DNA from: a virus
IMG/VR virus record: IMGVR_UViG_3300013132_005564
Coordinates: 20,499-84,498 of that record
Strand: one strand, 5' to 3'
Length of the DNA: 64,000 nt
The notes beneath the pieces were generated by a model. It did no database searches and had not been told where the DNA came from. It worked only from the letters and a program-made list of their open reading frames with translations. Below are positions 51,801-57,658 of the stretch, piece after piece. The position numbers and the translations under genes were made by a program. Position 1 is the first letter of the stretch, and the number at the start of each line of letters is the position of its first letter.

Positions 51801-54800
51801 CCGGACATGGACAAGGTTTCACAGTTGCTGAGAAGGGCCTTCGGCAATTTGGCGACGTTCGACTTCCCTAGGGCCGAACTTGACCAGTTTGACGAGTGGG
51901 TCGGCGGAATCATCAGGAACATGCCCTCCGGAAGCGTTACGCAGGAGGGCGTGCTCAAGCAGCTAAAGAACATCTTCCCGTGGTTGGACATCAACAGGAT
52001 GGACGACGTCTACCCCGTGACCGGTCGCACCCTCGAGGAGGCGATGAACACCCTGGGAGAGTCGCTCAACGATATGACCGAGGATGAGAAACAGTTCATC
52101 GCCGCGTCTCGTCCGTTCCTGCTGGAGGCCGGAAAGATCGTCAGTTCGCCGGTTGGCGTCGCCCTGATGCGGGAGAGGAGAAATCAGTTCATCTTGCCGA
52201 TCATCATGGGTCTGATGGATGCCCATCGCACCAACATGACCATCGGGTACAGGTCGCTCGCTTCGTTCAAAGAAGGGTTGAGGAGGGCGAGGGGGGCGTA
52301 CGAGCCAAGCGACTTCGAGCGTCAATTGAGGTCCATGTTCTTGCTGGTCAAGGAGATGGAGGAGAAGGGACAGATCGGGCCTTCCATGAGCTTCAAGCTG
52401 GGCAATGAGATTCTGCGGGCTCAGCAGGCGGTCATCTTCGACAACGTGGACGGATTCAGGGTGCTGCGGGAAGTCTTCGACCGAGCAGAAATCGGCGAGG
52501 ACTGGGGCGACATACCGATGACGGACTTGAGCTACATGCTCAGGATCATCGAGGACAACTTTTTGGCCGGGCAGGGCGATCCGGGCGAAGGAGCCGATCT
52601 CGGAGGCGCGAGTCAACAAGAAATCATCGACAGGTTCGTGGGCGCAGAGCAAACGGCAATGGAGGCGCTGGGAGACAATTACGGGAAGATGCTGGCGAGC
52701 GGAATCTACGGTTCGGTGAAGACCCTCGGGGAGGCGGCGCGGGAGATTGCGCCGTTCATCAGGTCCAGCGAAAGGACGAGGAGGCGCAGGTCCCTCCTGC
52801 CGCGGTACAAGAGGGAGGTCATCGACCCACTGGCGGACCGTCTGCTGACGGACGCAGAAAAAATGGACGAGGTTCTCACCTTCAACGACTGGCTGGACGC
52901 AAACGGCTATCCCGACCTAAACACCGACAAGGGCACGGACGACGGGGGGGCGAACGCCGGAATGTCGGCTACGACAAGAATGGTCATCTCGCGTTTCACG
53001 GACGACGCCGCTCAGTCGGTGAGGGAGGCCTACCAGGAGGCGTCCAACGGCTCCGACAAGGTGACCGTCGGTCACCTCCTGCTCGGGATCGCGGCCGTTA
53101 ACGACATGGACGAGATCACCAGCTCGTCCGTCCAGAAGTATGCGCTCAGGGGAATGGGGTTGAATCTGAAAAGATTGAGGGAGGCTCTCGCCTCCGTCAC
53201 GACCCCTTCCGAGACTGGGTCGGCCAGACCGTCGCAGTTCACCTCCGCGGCGAGGAGGACGCTGATAGGTGCCGTCGTGGCGGCATCGGAACGCGGCGAG
53301 GAGGTCGTGGACGCTGGCGACATAATCATCGCTGCGTTTGACGCAAGGTTGCGCGGGAACTCGCCCGACGACGACGGCGTGACCGACGCCCTGATGGAGG
53401 CCGGCATAATCCCGTCCCTCATATCCGCGAACATCGCCGCGGCAAGGACCGGATCCTTCCCCGTCGGCTCCAGCGACCCGAGTGCGGCGATGGGTGCCGG
53501 AAGGAGGGCGAACAACAGCGCGGACAGGAAGGACGACCTGATGCGCAACAAGCTTCAGGCCCAGGCTTCTTGGTTCAATGCGGGAAGGCCGACGCCGATC
53601 GCCACGGGGACCGCAACCGACGGCCAGCTCGTCGACGAAGTCGCCAGACTGATGGACATCTTCAACGCCTCCGTGACGGACGGGCAGATAGACGACTGGG
53701 ACCTGCGAGCGGGCGAGTCGCCGTTCTCGAGGGGTGCGGTGATGCCCACCAACTCGACCCTCGTCCACGGATGGAACGGTCAGGAGCCGAGCGACCTGGT
53801 CGGGGCGATTCGGTTCGCGATCGACAGGGCTTCGGCGCTCGTCACCGACGACAGGGAGACCGCCCGCCTATCCCGACTGCTCTCCGACATGAGGCTCTAC
53901 TTCGACAACGACGAGCACCTCTCGCAGGACGGCAAAGACGCGAGCGCCGGCATGGCGAAGGATTTCAGGATGATGATCGAGCCGATCAGGGAGCTTTTCG
54001 GCAGGAACGAATCGGCAAACCAGCGCAGGTATTACGAGGGCATCTACGGGGACGTCGACTTGTCGGAAGGAGAAATTCGCAAGGCGGCGCGATCCGAGTC
54101 GCTGGCGCATCCATTCACGGTCGACAAGAACCTGAGCGGCACCGAGGACGACATCAACTGGAGCACGAGCCAGTGGTCGTACAACAAGGACGAGACCTTC
54201 GTGGAGGCGGCCGACTCCGTGATGGTCAGGATGCGCGACGGCGACATCTCCACGGCCGAGGTCGCCGCGATATCGCGCAAGAGCGGTCCATTCAGGGATT
54301 CCCTGGCCCTCGTCGGGGGCCTGCGCGACGGCAACGAGGACCTCATGACGACGGCCACGAGAGAGACATCCGAGGAGGTCGGCGTCTTCCTTGACAACGC
54401 ATCGCAGGTGCAGAACCTCGGCGTCATAGAGTCACCGGACTGGGACCCGCGCTTCGTCAACGGGGCGAGGGTCGGCGCAGGGTTGTTCGTGATCCCATGG
54501 GACACGCAACTGGTGGCGGCGTCCGACGCCGCCGGCGCCAGATGGGTTCCGCTGGCGGAGATCGCCGCCGGTCAGCACAGGCTCGCCTTCGGGCACGCCG
54601 AGTGGATAAGGCGTGCCGTGGCGGCCATGGAGATAAATCCGTCGTCCGATCCGTACGGGGACATTCGGTTGTCCATCGCTAGGCGCCTGGGAATCCTCGC
54701 GAAGGCGTCTCGCTTGCGCAACCAAAAACTAATAGCCCAGATCAACTCGATGAGGCGCGCCACCGGAAGGAAGCAGTTCATCGGCACGGACCGCATGCCG

Positions 54801-55835
54801 CACCCGATGATGCCGTGGGGCAACCGCGTTTCCAAGTCCACGTGGGAGTTCGGCCCAGGGGTCAACGCAGGCATGTCTTCCGGGAACTTGCCGGACGTGG
54901 ACGACTCGTTGCCACGCAGGCTCGGACTTCTCTCCGTAACGAGCGACATGTCGGCCTCGCAACTCGAGCAGGGGTACGACACGGCCGGCTTCTACGGCGT
55001 GGGGCACTCCCGCGGGGGCGACGACATGTTCGCCGCGTGGAGGAACAAGGACAGGGTGGAGAAACTGTGGCGCCCGTACGTCGAGGCGAGCCTTGAGACG
55101 GCGCGGGCGGGGGACATCCCCAACGACCAGAAGCGACCGGTGGTCTTCGTCCTGGGCGGGGGTTCGGGCGTCGGTAAGTCGACGGCGAGGAACTCGGGCC
55201 TGTTCGGAATACCGAACTACGACAGTGCCGTGGTCGCCGACCCCGACGACGCCAAGATAATGATGCCCGAGGCGAGGCTGTGGTACGCGCGAAGGTTGCC
55301 CGAGGCCTCGAGCTTGGCCCACACGGAGTCAAGGCAGGTCACCGCCGTGCTGGCGAGGGCTGCGACCAAGGAGGGTCTGGACATGGTCTACGACACCAGC
55401 GGCCAGTTCAACGACGGTTTCCAGGACATAAAGGACTGGAGGAAAGCCGGGTACGAGGTCGTCGCCCATTACTTCTTCGCCCCGGAGTCGATCCTGCAGG
55501 ACAGGGTCGCGGAAAGAGAGCGCAGGACGGGCAGGGGCGTTCCCCCCTGGATAGTCAAGCAGATCCAGTGGAACCTGACACAGATGCTCCCGGATTTCAT
55601 CGCGCGCGGGGCGTTCGACGAGCTGTACATATGGGACACGGAAAAGGACGTCACCAAACCGCTGCTGGTCGGGCAGATGTCCGCTTCCGAGCAGGGGCAA
55701 CCAGCGATCCTCCAGTTGAAGCACCCGTATCTTTTGAGGTATCTGTTCAGGGACAGGGTCGCACCGGACGGGGGTAAGATTGAGCCGAGAAAGACGACGG
55801 CAATAACCATCCCGAGGGCACAAGGGCAACTATGA
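39843..55835 (+). CDS. 5330-aa polyprotein-like protein: leader, about 14 linker-delimited modules including HTHs, Clp N-domain, Nudix hydrolase and C-terminal Zeta-toxin kinase
   Basis: Leader at 40158-40307. ClpN RFTDDAAQSVREAYQEA...GHLLLGI; Nudix LALVGG...ED...TATRETSEEVG...DPR...LAFGH; Zeta VFVLGGGSGVGKST...DPDDAK...HTES...DTSG. Linkers at 40353, 42093, 42651, 43158, 43536, 43572, 44139, 46071, 47883, 49887, 52956, 53484, 53946, 54867. Confidence 0.9.
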   Translation: MDESIQPGDCCPLSDDDIETKDVSFGPRMVRPDSFDAYVDKESARARARMLGCIGIRQYGSTNGGTVWMPCSNESDYRRVTGTNFSGRRQRRRMLKAELGEGISKKALGATIGMVGGRVNTNPATAIDADLDGLVLEGLPFINLGRGVPDPTPGGTNELLPNADNRNFAMAAMSNRRGPRISPPGEIELSRDGDDSASPATRMPSQRATRSRKRETTFADVDTDRFDELIARIADDVASSEVAADVSSDEAVGKLLDDVRGIASSVAEVVDGHIDSRPRRSTSTRDAAEETSTRITAKAIGTVMEISNNPTQSLSENENLTRLVTSSIIERGAAEVASLTGKPGIWAFLVQAMIGGAYATQRAWELLARIFGVENNTGWVPEPTGRFAEALAPSLANERKKAARSRALDSSGRAIDALRQAGFAISDASEVPAIADDMASALDSPELIELPGDKKPGPAPTLDALDEIIQRINATTGKTRPRGARKPSYSKYRGTSEEILRNRMDIAGVPSGIDDVYRTNSVDVPTDNERLAAKLISTPGRNGQGALNAELLYRALSDRSALRSYVSPVDSPFVAQLATLIEEGRLPRLADALLEMSPQTVENFLAVPPRPIISAARAARKTLRPSGSWMARISNDPFETAFHMLRAKDYHLSSIFSGADSGKLTDAVDELVGNNVSETAAIFGSLVALNKERLAEAYDGSQSVAQGGNRLLRTARNLIASATENDSVWAATRDSISDVTAAMLGGDSADAAMSRQVVRFGSNYPRHRRKTGDWSPIANKIRDGVKAYRARYGPIASNSADLSRFVNFSYPELLSEASELIDLMKEKVEFGSLKFEDYARNGWINRDTAELDVDEFDPTNLETIFDKGSQMGLFKSIGVVLVAASRVAPSRDEREAVLDLMDEVNEWTFTALPLYSEPRSVTDRRRGIFPSSASADAGMTVNRPVPDDVRQTLMSLTRPYDSGQTQGLPTIRMQRKLVEKANELMRNDLPDDLAQRMAASPNGPTIDISELFLGTAEQFRWDQATIASFYEEVAEMMNRMVQEVPDAKRRQKLADMFTGALEDIADNMDNENTEFFDRVGDIPSRTVGRLSRRASRSQVAEDTADAGMTVNRGVPEDVRETLMSRQSPLGSGEKLGLPERRISRKLTEVANDIFAADRIANDSPLPSPGIAEVFFNTAGQLRWDRPTTESFFEDVRRMMNQMVSEIPDSTRRNRLADVFSEALSDIENRINAGMKPIGTPDADAGIRGRDLPDRETTVLFDGVMEVVSSLDNNPNLEERDSPESLREKLRVVGITGTLGNDEDFDNMIASVLPTMGRTEESYSPTSGVSKAAMDDLDYMFYEVMNELNMSTEDPAEEFVRRLRRQFGVSNADQFHDLIRSVSTQSGIGSRGEYVGQVYDGSYLTTSAIKSRIRATVPGFYEALDSMESEDVSAGMAGPTIDRLRNNVLEARRIRELGKIAEIDDAKDYAMRTVEARRRRLIGMSEPGGFIEFVARGVTDQRSPLSLTRIAQAKGGYEKVIRDADPDVVNAIWGALGEFVRGARGDFMTSTPSNNTRLLYRAAVARAIFEDAEFKPISEGNFTDDELLAKLGVGAYEDLLPNNSMLTITESDIDAVPSVRSKAAQALEILAMDRTQLIQMLTNDATRPETQQAVGAEIERIIKLARDRIDGQRGKLEYVPTSDHMKQISLAELISPLDGETLAAFVEDLTDAQLTSLQNVNLPEQAASQLVNESKRISWSSAARKMVALSDLHGASVAEASSLASRLDALLATGEMTENVSNLVRAIQNRDAEEIARLIGATNVAEPDEERSILRALYEFSRNAEGESISAMLPPAIDEATDLAIRRSKAIVALKSQPDGGRGLARRTIDTHPRQTKGYDLVRTVPDATPEDEKLFDLGRAIQDYNGSTESAVRLVYSLTDLQLQNLRNNYIIPSILQRMDHAAFEKRKQSGLIAETRARIDNLGRRLGMMSMAPGSGNLVEETVGMIDDALATAFGERATEISALTPEERETYTDIIDYFVSGGRESFEDPSEYGRRLRGFRDSVTPSTDPGSGEEDRSGGGTATDDYWDIFDDGNAGMSDGKKLNEEAARRIFPGVEEYVKTGTRTETTSLPITDDRDTMVEARRIIAALYDVAVGRIPDDIAEKMRADGSLATSQAIYPAVVQSTLRALASADGMPFDFRSLPNDYDPRNDKDIDRRNFFLGAMTELVALHVALGLPEIVSSDPTRTPNNISIDLHRDDFLMVLPPDLDLADDSKLRFSYDPQGRAGTFETWDDAATGEFDGDPESHPTVIQIADSIAQLRRLFPGYNDWLDQANRYSRTLAPGHYEKNKDFGESLIDQLKRDPSALDLDKVMRAITATFPDREGEESRMFADAASLPPDPDDVSDFPDLSSYPDPDVMTGSDMPRDRISKQRKIAISPAKASVAARQAWWSSFTSGTLMDEYEIAAITKTTDGDNFHPEAILSGLKKYARDNGIDDSTFSSLRAAATKAAAQRYNAVALQKTIATLNDIAMRPGGIPAELRNIASEMKRMDNITKEISRHYQDRIRARIQTLYSTYATLYKGLMEAQNVLKQRLADGEITPQGYVDDWHKAYRAVLPAILSASRQIGELSSKANATRRVLAALEVQKSELNQRVQEIQEATRLTSDDMQTRMQMLRDITNGLSHAAKDPSALNDDTNAGMSIGRSRFGIVGSSEGDAPRTRELMTRTEKRFVSEANMIGNVLSTMNMESMRAIPNMRAALSALRNGSPSASVPPARLGTESEMGQLKNMASVMFRADLDAESMSRSVMGNRFLRFSDIARMTLPDFTRRITEDIITSGIAATIMNNGVGESDVDSALIMLAQSTENMRNMAVYNHPSVTAKAFGVTEDDVSDAIATESLITRSSRLLRSAQSYALSLSGAYSEDTVRRMTMNRFPELESFDDEYLRSLAPSDQKRAEASRQLNSAISRNKLVKLSPRSVPLAYGVSEDVASLISAASATRTPPRDLRNTLPSDWEFMTFRDRQLWLGSEEAFNTLGKLGVNDELTELQRQIEDFGSMDGPYPAIARAISGNRGTRGLFGRELILPNGRSPIYDSTGLAGSELKENGRNQISLLLEAVPGMDQLSDRGLAKFLNTDFDTVSKLKRPGMAVAPEGADRMAAAFGIVASDIWPAVKPSADTDPGNFYWLASTWDRSGEAIRSISEGIDPAELMSEMDNSDFIYSRVQNLVNDGTVERFYDALGLEEITAEDASAYATGIAPRSRKAVVELLASSGYREQDIVDATGFNPNTVRNSLHELRKQGLIPDVVGGPGWVAKNSRYVMDDFNAGQSKRSLMKKYGIGARTLDSIIQDGMSRGRIPDAYTDGADAGMANRRLPDKAELSDGPSENWRTDRSQRADGTPIAADTQKPPAVVANPFFDPASPAALSISGEPKDPDKTEIWKKAISDYISFAIEGGFFTSSPDPDPAKQVLMAMFNERPDVQEPVDRVDMPFVTEYPPRDANKSQGTGRDYGLFAIATRQENPDMYPGPMHAMPFLATVDFDAQGIYRGIMPMLRDMILATWDKSNRQENPELYAGHVRTEELIEAGLLDEPEMPQGFDDEMRAKLWQLRQVMRNPMMVDAPPLFEPGDLEMMNKVLPLMAAADEQNELLRRFGSTTTEALRNPSPAIGPTVAGNTLGQPEDFQPGIYGNMMSGVPMFSNLLLSAALEGNAEVKSLLDSMTPRQIMLTNWAYSLYSAVGPIIESFGRMMPVSTIRTPNINIPDEAGTRTNLGDVIYRPVPEVDDQVFAFVFDSIFKALQGVAERPDDLIVESLPYGKHTNKSKNNDFGVLAQLEVVEMPDENMLKLKESVKILARLTANALATNLYRRAGRASGLETGYGRTPFTEGSGDGTQWFRYARPRLDSYGHWSMYGPNIVYAGEGRNPYTPGWSDEETLMRESMGQPISESAEDAETLKAMQTLLDEMPGEYWWQASDAAGTLTDEQIIAMHPEEFAHYVANVSALEDGPDMDKVSQLLRRAFGNLATFDFPRAELDQFDEWVGGIIRNMPSGSVTQEGVLKQLKNIFPWLDINRMDDVYPVTGRTLEEAMNTLGESLNDMTEDEKQFIAASRPFLLEAGKIVSSPVGVALMRERRNQFILPIIMGLMDAHRTNMTIGYRSLASFKEGLRRARGAYEPSDFERQLRSMFLLVKEMEEKGQIGPSMSFKLGNEILRAQQAVIFDNVDGFRVLREVFDRAEIGEDWGDIPMTDLSYMLRIIEDNFLAGQGDPGEGADLGGASQQEIIDRFVGAEQTAMEALGDNYGKMLASGIYGSVKTLGEAAREIAPFIRSSERTRRRRSLLPRYKREVIDPLADRLLTDAEKMDEVLTFNDWLDANGYPDLNTDKGTDDGGANAGMSATTRMVISRFTDDAAQSVREAYQEASNGSDKVTVGHLLLGIAAVNDMDEITSSSVQKYALRGMGLNLKRLREALASVTTPSETGSARPSQFTSAARRTLIGAVVAASERGEEVVDAGDIIIAAFDARLRGNSPDDDGVTDALMEAGIIPSLISANIAAARTGSFPVGSSDPSAAMGAGRRANNSADRKDDLMRNKLQAQASWFNAGRPTPIATGTATDGQLVDEVARLMDIFNASVTDGQIDDWDLRAGESPFSRGAVMPTNSTLVHGWNGQEPSDLVGAIRFAIDRASALVTDDRETARLSRLLSDMRLYFDNDEHLSQDGKDASAGMAKDFRMMIEPIRELFGRNESANQRRYYEGIYGDVDLSEGEIRKAARSESLAHPFTVDKNLSGTEDDINWSTSQWSYNKDETFVEAADSVMVRMRDGDISTAEVAAISRKSGPFRDSLALVGGLRDGNEDLMTTATRETSEEVGVFLDNASQVQNLGVIESPDWDPRFVNGARVGAGLFVIPWDTQLVAASDAAGARWVPLAEIAAGQHRLAFGHAEWIRRAVAAMEINPSSDPYGDIRLSIARRLGILAKASRLRNQKLIAQINSMRRATGRKQFIGTDRMPHPMMPWGNRVSKSTWEFGPGVNAGMSSGNLPDVDDSLPRRLGLLSVTSDMSASQLEQGYDTAGFYGVGHSRGGDDMFAAWRNKDRVEKLWRPYVEASLETARAGDIPNDQKRPVVFVLGGGSGVGKSTARNSGLFGIPNYDSAVVADPDDAKIMMPEARLWYARRLPEASSLAHTESRQVTAVLARAATKEGLDMVYDTSGQFNDGFQDIKDWRKAGYEVVAHYFFAPESILQDRVAERERRTGRGVPPWIVKQIQWNLTQMLPDFIARGAFDELYIWDTEKDVTKPLLVGQMSASEQGQPAILQLKHPYLLRYLFRDRVAPDGGKIEPRKTTAITIPRAQGQL
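42651..43544 (+). repeat. Tandem duplication of one linker-delimited module
   Basis: AGMTVNRPVPDDVRQTLMS...TAEQFRWDQATIASFYEEV...RRQKLADMF versus AGMTVNRGVPEDVRETLMS...TAGQLRWDRPTTESFFEDV...RRNRLADVF. Confidence 0.9.
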
Positions 55836-56038
55836 GCGACGACAAAATTTCCGACAGGCCGAAGGCGGGGGCTGGGCTCACCGCGTGGGAGGCCATCCAG
55901 TTGTGTGCCCTCAACGACCTCCCGTTGTCGCACTACGGGCTGTCCGACACGCCAGAAAATAGGAAAACGGTTGACAAACTGCGCGACGAGTACGAGGCGA
56001 TGAAACAACGCGGAGCGATAATTGAAATAGCGCAGTAA
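55832..56038 (+). CDS. Small protein coupled to the Zeta-toxin-ending gene (candidate antitoxin)
   Basis: ATGA overlap; 68 aa. Confidence 0.65.
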   Translation: MSDDKISDRPKAGAGLTAWEAIQLCALNDLPLSHYGLSDTPENRKTVDKLRDEYEAMKQRGAIIEIAQ

Positions 56039-56166
56039 AAAAACGCTACTTACACTACGAACTCAAGTATTCTGCTAACTTTGAATGCAAGACGCAAGCA
56101 GCGGGTGCTTACCTGGCGCTGTCTGGAAACAACAGCAAACAACACAAACGCCCAGGAGGCAAAATC

Positions 56167-57513
56167 ATGTCGCAAGACACGAGCAGACTCCGCGAGTTGC
56201 AGTCAGCACTCCGCGAGAAGATGCAGCACAACAAGGAAATTGCGGACTCGTTCCGCGTTGACAACGGAACGGTCGTCGTCACGACCGAGCAGAAGTCGGC
56301 GTTCGACAAGAACATGTCCGACATCCGCGAGATCAAGGGCCTCATCGAGGGTCTCGAGTCGCTGAGCAAGGTTCAGGACTGGGGTTCGGCTCCTGCCGAC
56401 GAATCGGTGGCGGCGCAGGCAGCGGCCTACGCACCCGTTCAGCAAGCTCCAAGGTCCGTCGGACAGCAGTTCGTGGACTCGCCGGAGTTCAAGTCGCTCA
56501 ACGGTGGACGCAACGGCGCCAACATGCATCAGCCGTGGCAGTTCAACGGCTCGTTGACGTCTTACGGCGTCAAGGACGTCTACACGTCAATGGCCACTGG
56601 CGCCCTCGGCAACGGTGCGGATCCGAACTTCGGAACCGTCCAGCGCGACCCGATGGTCGCCCAGCCGACCAGGACGAAGCGAGTCAGGGACCTGTTCCCG
56701 TCGCGCACGACCACGGCAGCGGTCATCGAGTACTTCCGTCACCTGGGCTACACGACGCCGGGCGTGACAGGAGTTAGCTCTTCCTCGTACGCAACGGCAA
56801 ATGCCGCAGCACCGGTCGCTGAACGCGACGGCTCGGTTTTCGCCGCCAAGCCGCAGTCGAGCCTGCAGTTCGTCGCCGAAGCAGCTTCGGTGCGCACGCT
56901 GGCCCACTGGGAAGCAGCGCACCGCAACGTGCTGGCCGACGAGCCGCAGCTCCGCAGCATCATCGACAACGAGCTCATGTACGGCCTGCGTCTCCTCGAG
57001 GACACGCAGATCCTCAACGGCAACGGCACGGGCGAGAACCTGAGGGGCGTCCTCCAGACGTCCGGCATCCAGACCTACAACTGGTCGTCGGGTCAGTCCG
57101 GGGACAACAGGGGAGACGCGATTCGTCGCGCCCTGACCCTGTCCTTCCTCGCCTACTACGAGCCGACCGGCGTGGTCATGCACCCGAGCGACTGGGAGAA
57201 GATCGAACTCTCAAAGGACGACAACGGCCAGTACCTGGTCGCGGTGTCCGTCGCTCTCGGCGGTCAGCCGAAACTGTGGAGGACCCCGGTAGTCGAGTCA
57301 CCGGCAATCGCCGAGGGCACCGCCCTCGTCGGTGCGTTCGGTACCGGCGCCCAGCTGTACGACCGCGAGCAGGCGAGCATCAGGGTCAGCGAGCAACACG
57401 CCGACTTCTTCGTCCGCAACGCAATCGTCATCCTGGCCGAGCAGCGCCTGGCGCTGGCGGTCAAGCGTCCGGAGGCCTTCGTCAAGGTCACGTTCAACAG
57501 CGCGCCAGCCTGA
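56167..57513 (+). CDS. Major capsid protein, HK97 fold, with N-terminal coiled-coil scaffold (delta) domain
   Basis: AGGAGG RBS. Motifs VRDLFP..TT....IEY, VRTLAHW....R.VL.D.PQL.SII...L.YGL...ED.QILNG.GTG.NL.G, VVMHP.DW, LWRTPVV, FVRNAIVILAEQR...AV.RPEAFV. Confidence 0.95.
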   Translation: MSQDTSRLRELQSALREKMQHNKEIADSFRVDNGTVVVTTEQKSAFDKNMSDIREIKGLIEGLESLSKVQDWGSAPADESVAAQAAAYAPVQQAPRSVGQQFVDSPEFKSLNGGRNGANMHQPWQFNGSLTSYGVKDVYTSMATGALGNGADPNFGTVQRDPMVAQPTRTKRVRDLFPSRTTTAAVIEYFRHLGYTTPGVTGVSSSSYATANAAAPVAERDGSVFAAKPQSSLQFVAEAASVRTLAHWEAAHRNVLADEPQLRSIIDNELMYGLRLLEDTQILNGNGTGENLRGVLQTSGIQTYNWSSGQSGDNRGDAIRRALTLSFLAYYEPTGVVMHPSDWEKIELSKDDNGQYLVAVSVALGGQPKLWRTPVVESPAIAEGTALVGAFGTGAQLYDREQASIRVSEQHADFFVRNAIVILAEQRLALAVKRPEAFVKVTFNSAPA

Positions 57514-57539
57514 TCTGATCTGAGCTGACGCAAAGACGT

Positions 57540-57582
57540 CGCCCCCGTCCTAGCCGAGGAACATTCGGCCGGGGCGGGGGCG
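57540..57582 (+). terminator. GC-rich stem-loop after the capsid gene (intrinsic terminator without U-tract, or mRNA stabiliser)
   Basis: cgcccccgtcctagccga-ggaacat-tcggccggggcgggggcg forms an 18-position stem with two G-U pairs and one mismatch. Confidence 0.65.
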
Positions 57583-57658
57583 TCGCTCTGTTGACGACCT
57601 ACCACGACGAACGAACTTTCGTGGGACAATTGTCCCAGAAATAAACGGGAGAAAATCC

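Noticed and set aside
241-54875. AGM linkers as inteins or 2A-like ribosome-skipping sites
   Set aside because: No C/S...HN-C/S/T splice junctions and no NPGP motif.
1-55835. Virion RNA polymerase or tape-measure identity for the giant ORFs
   Set aside because: No DFDGD/NADFDGD or T7-like polymerase motifs noticed and no tape-measure periodicity or transmembrane pattern; highly divergent versions cannot be excluded without profile searches.
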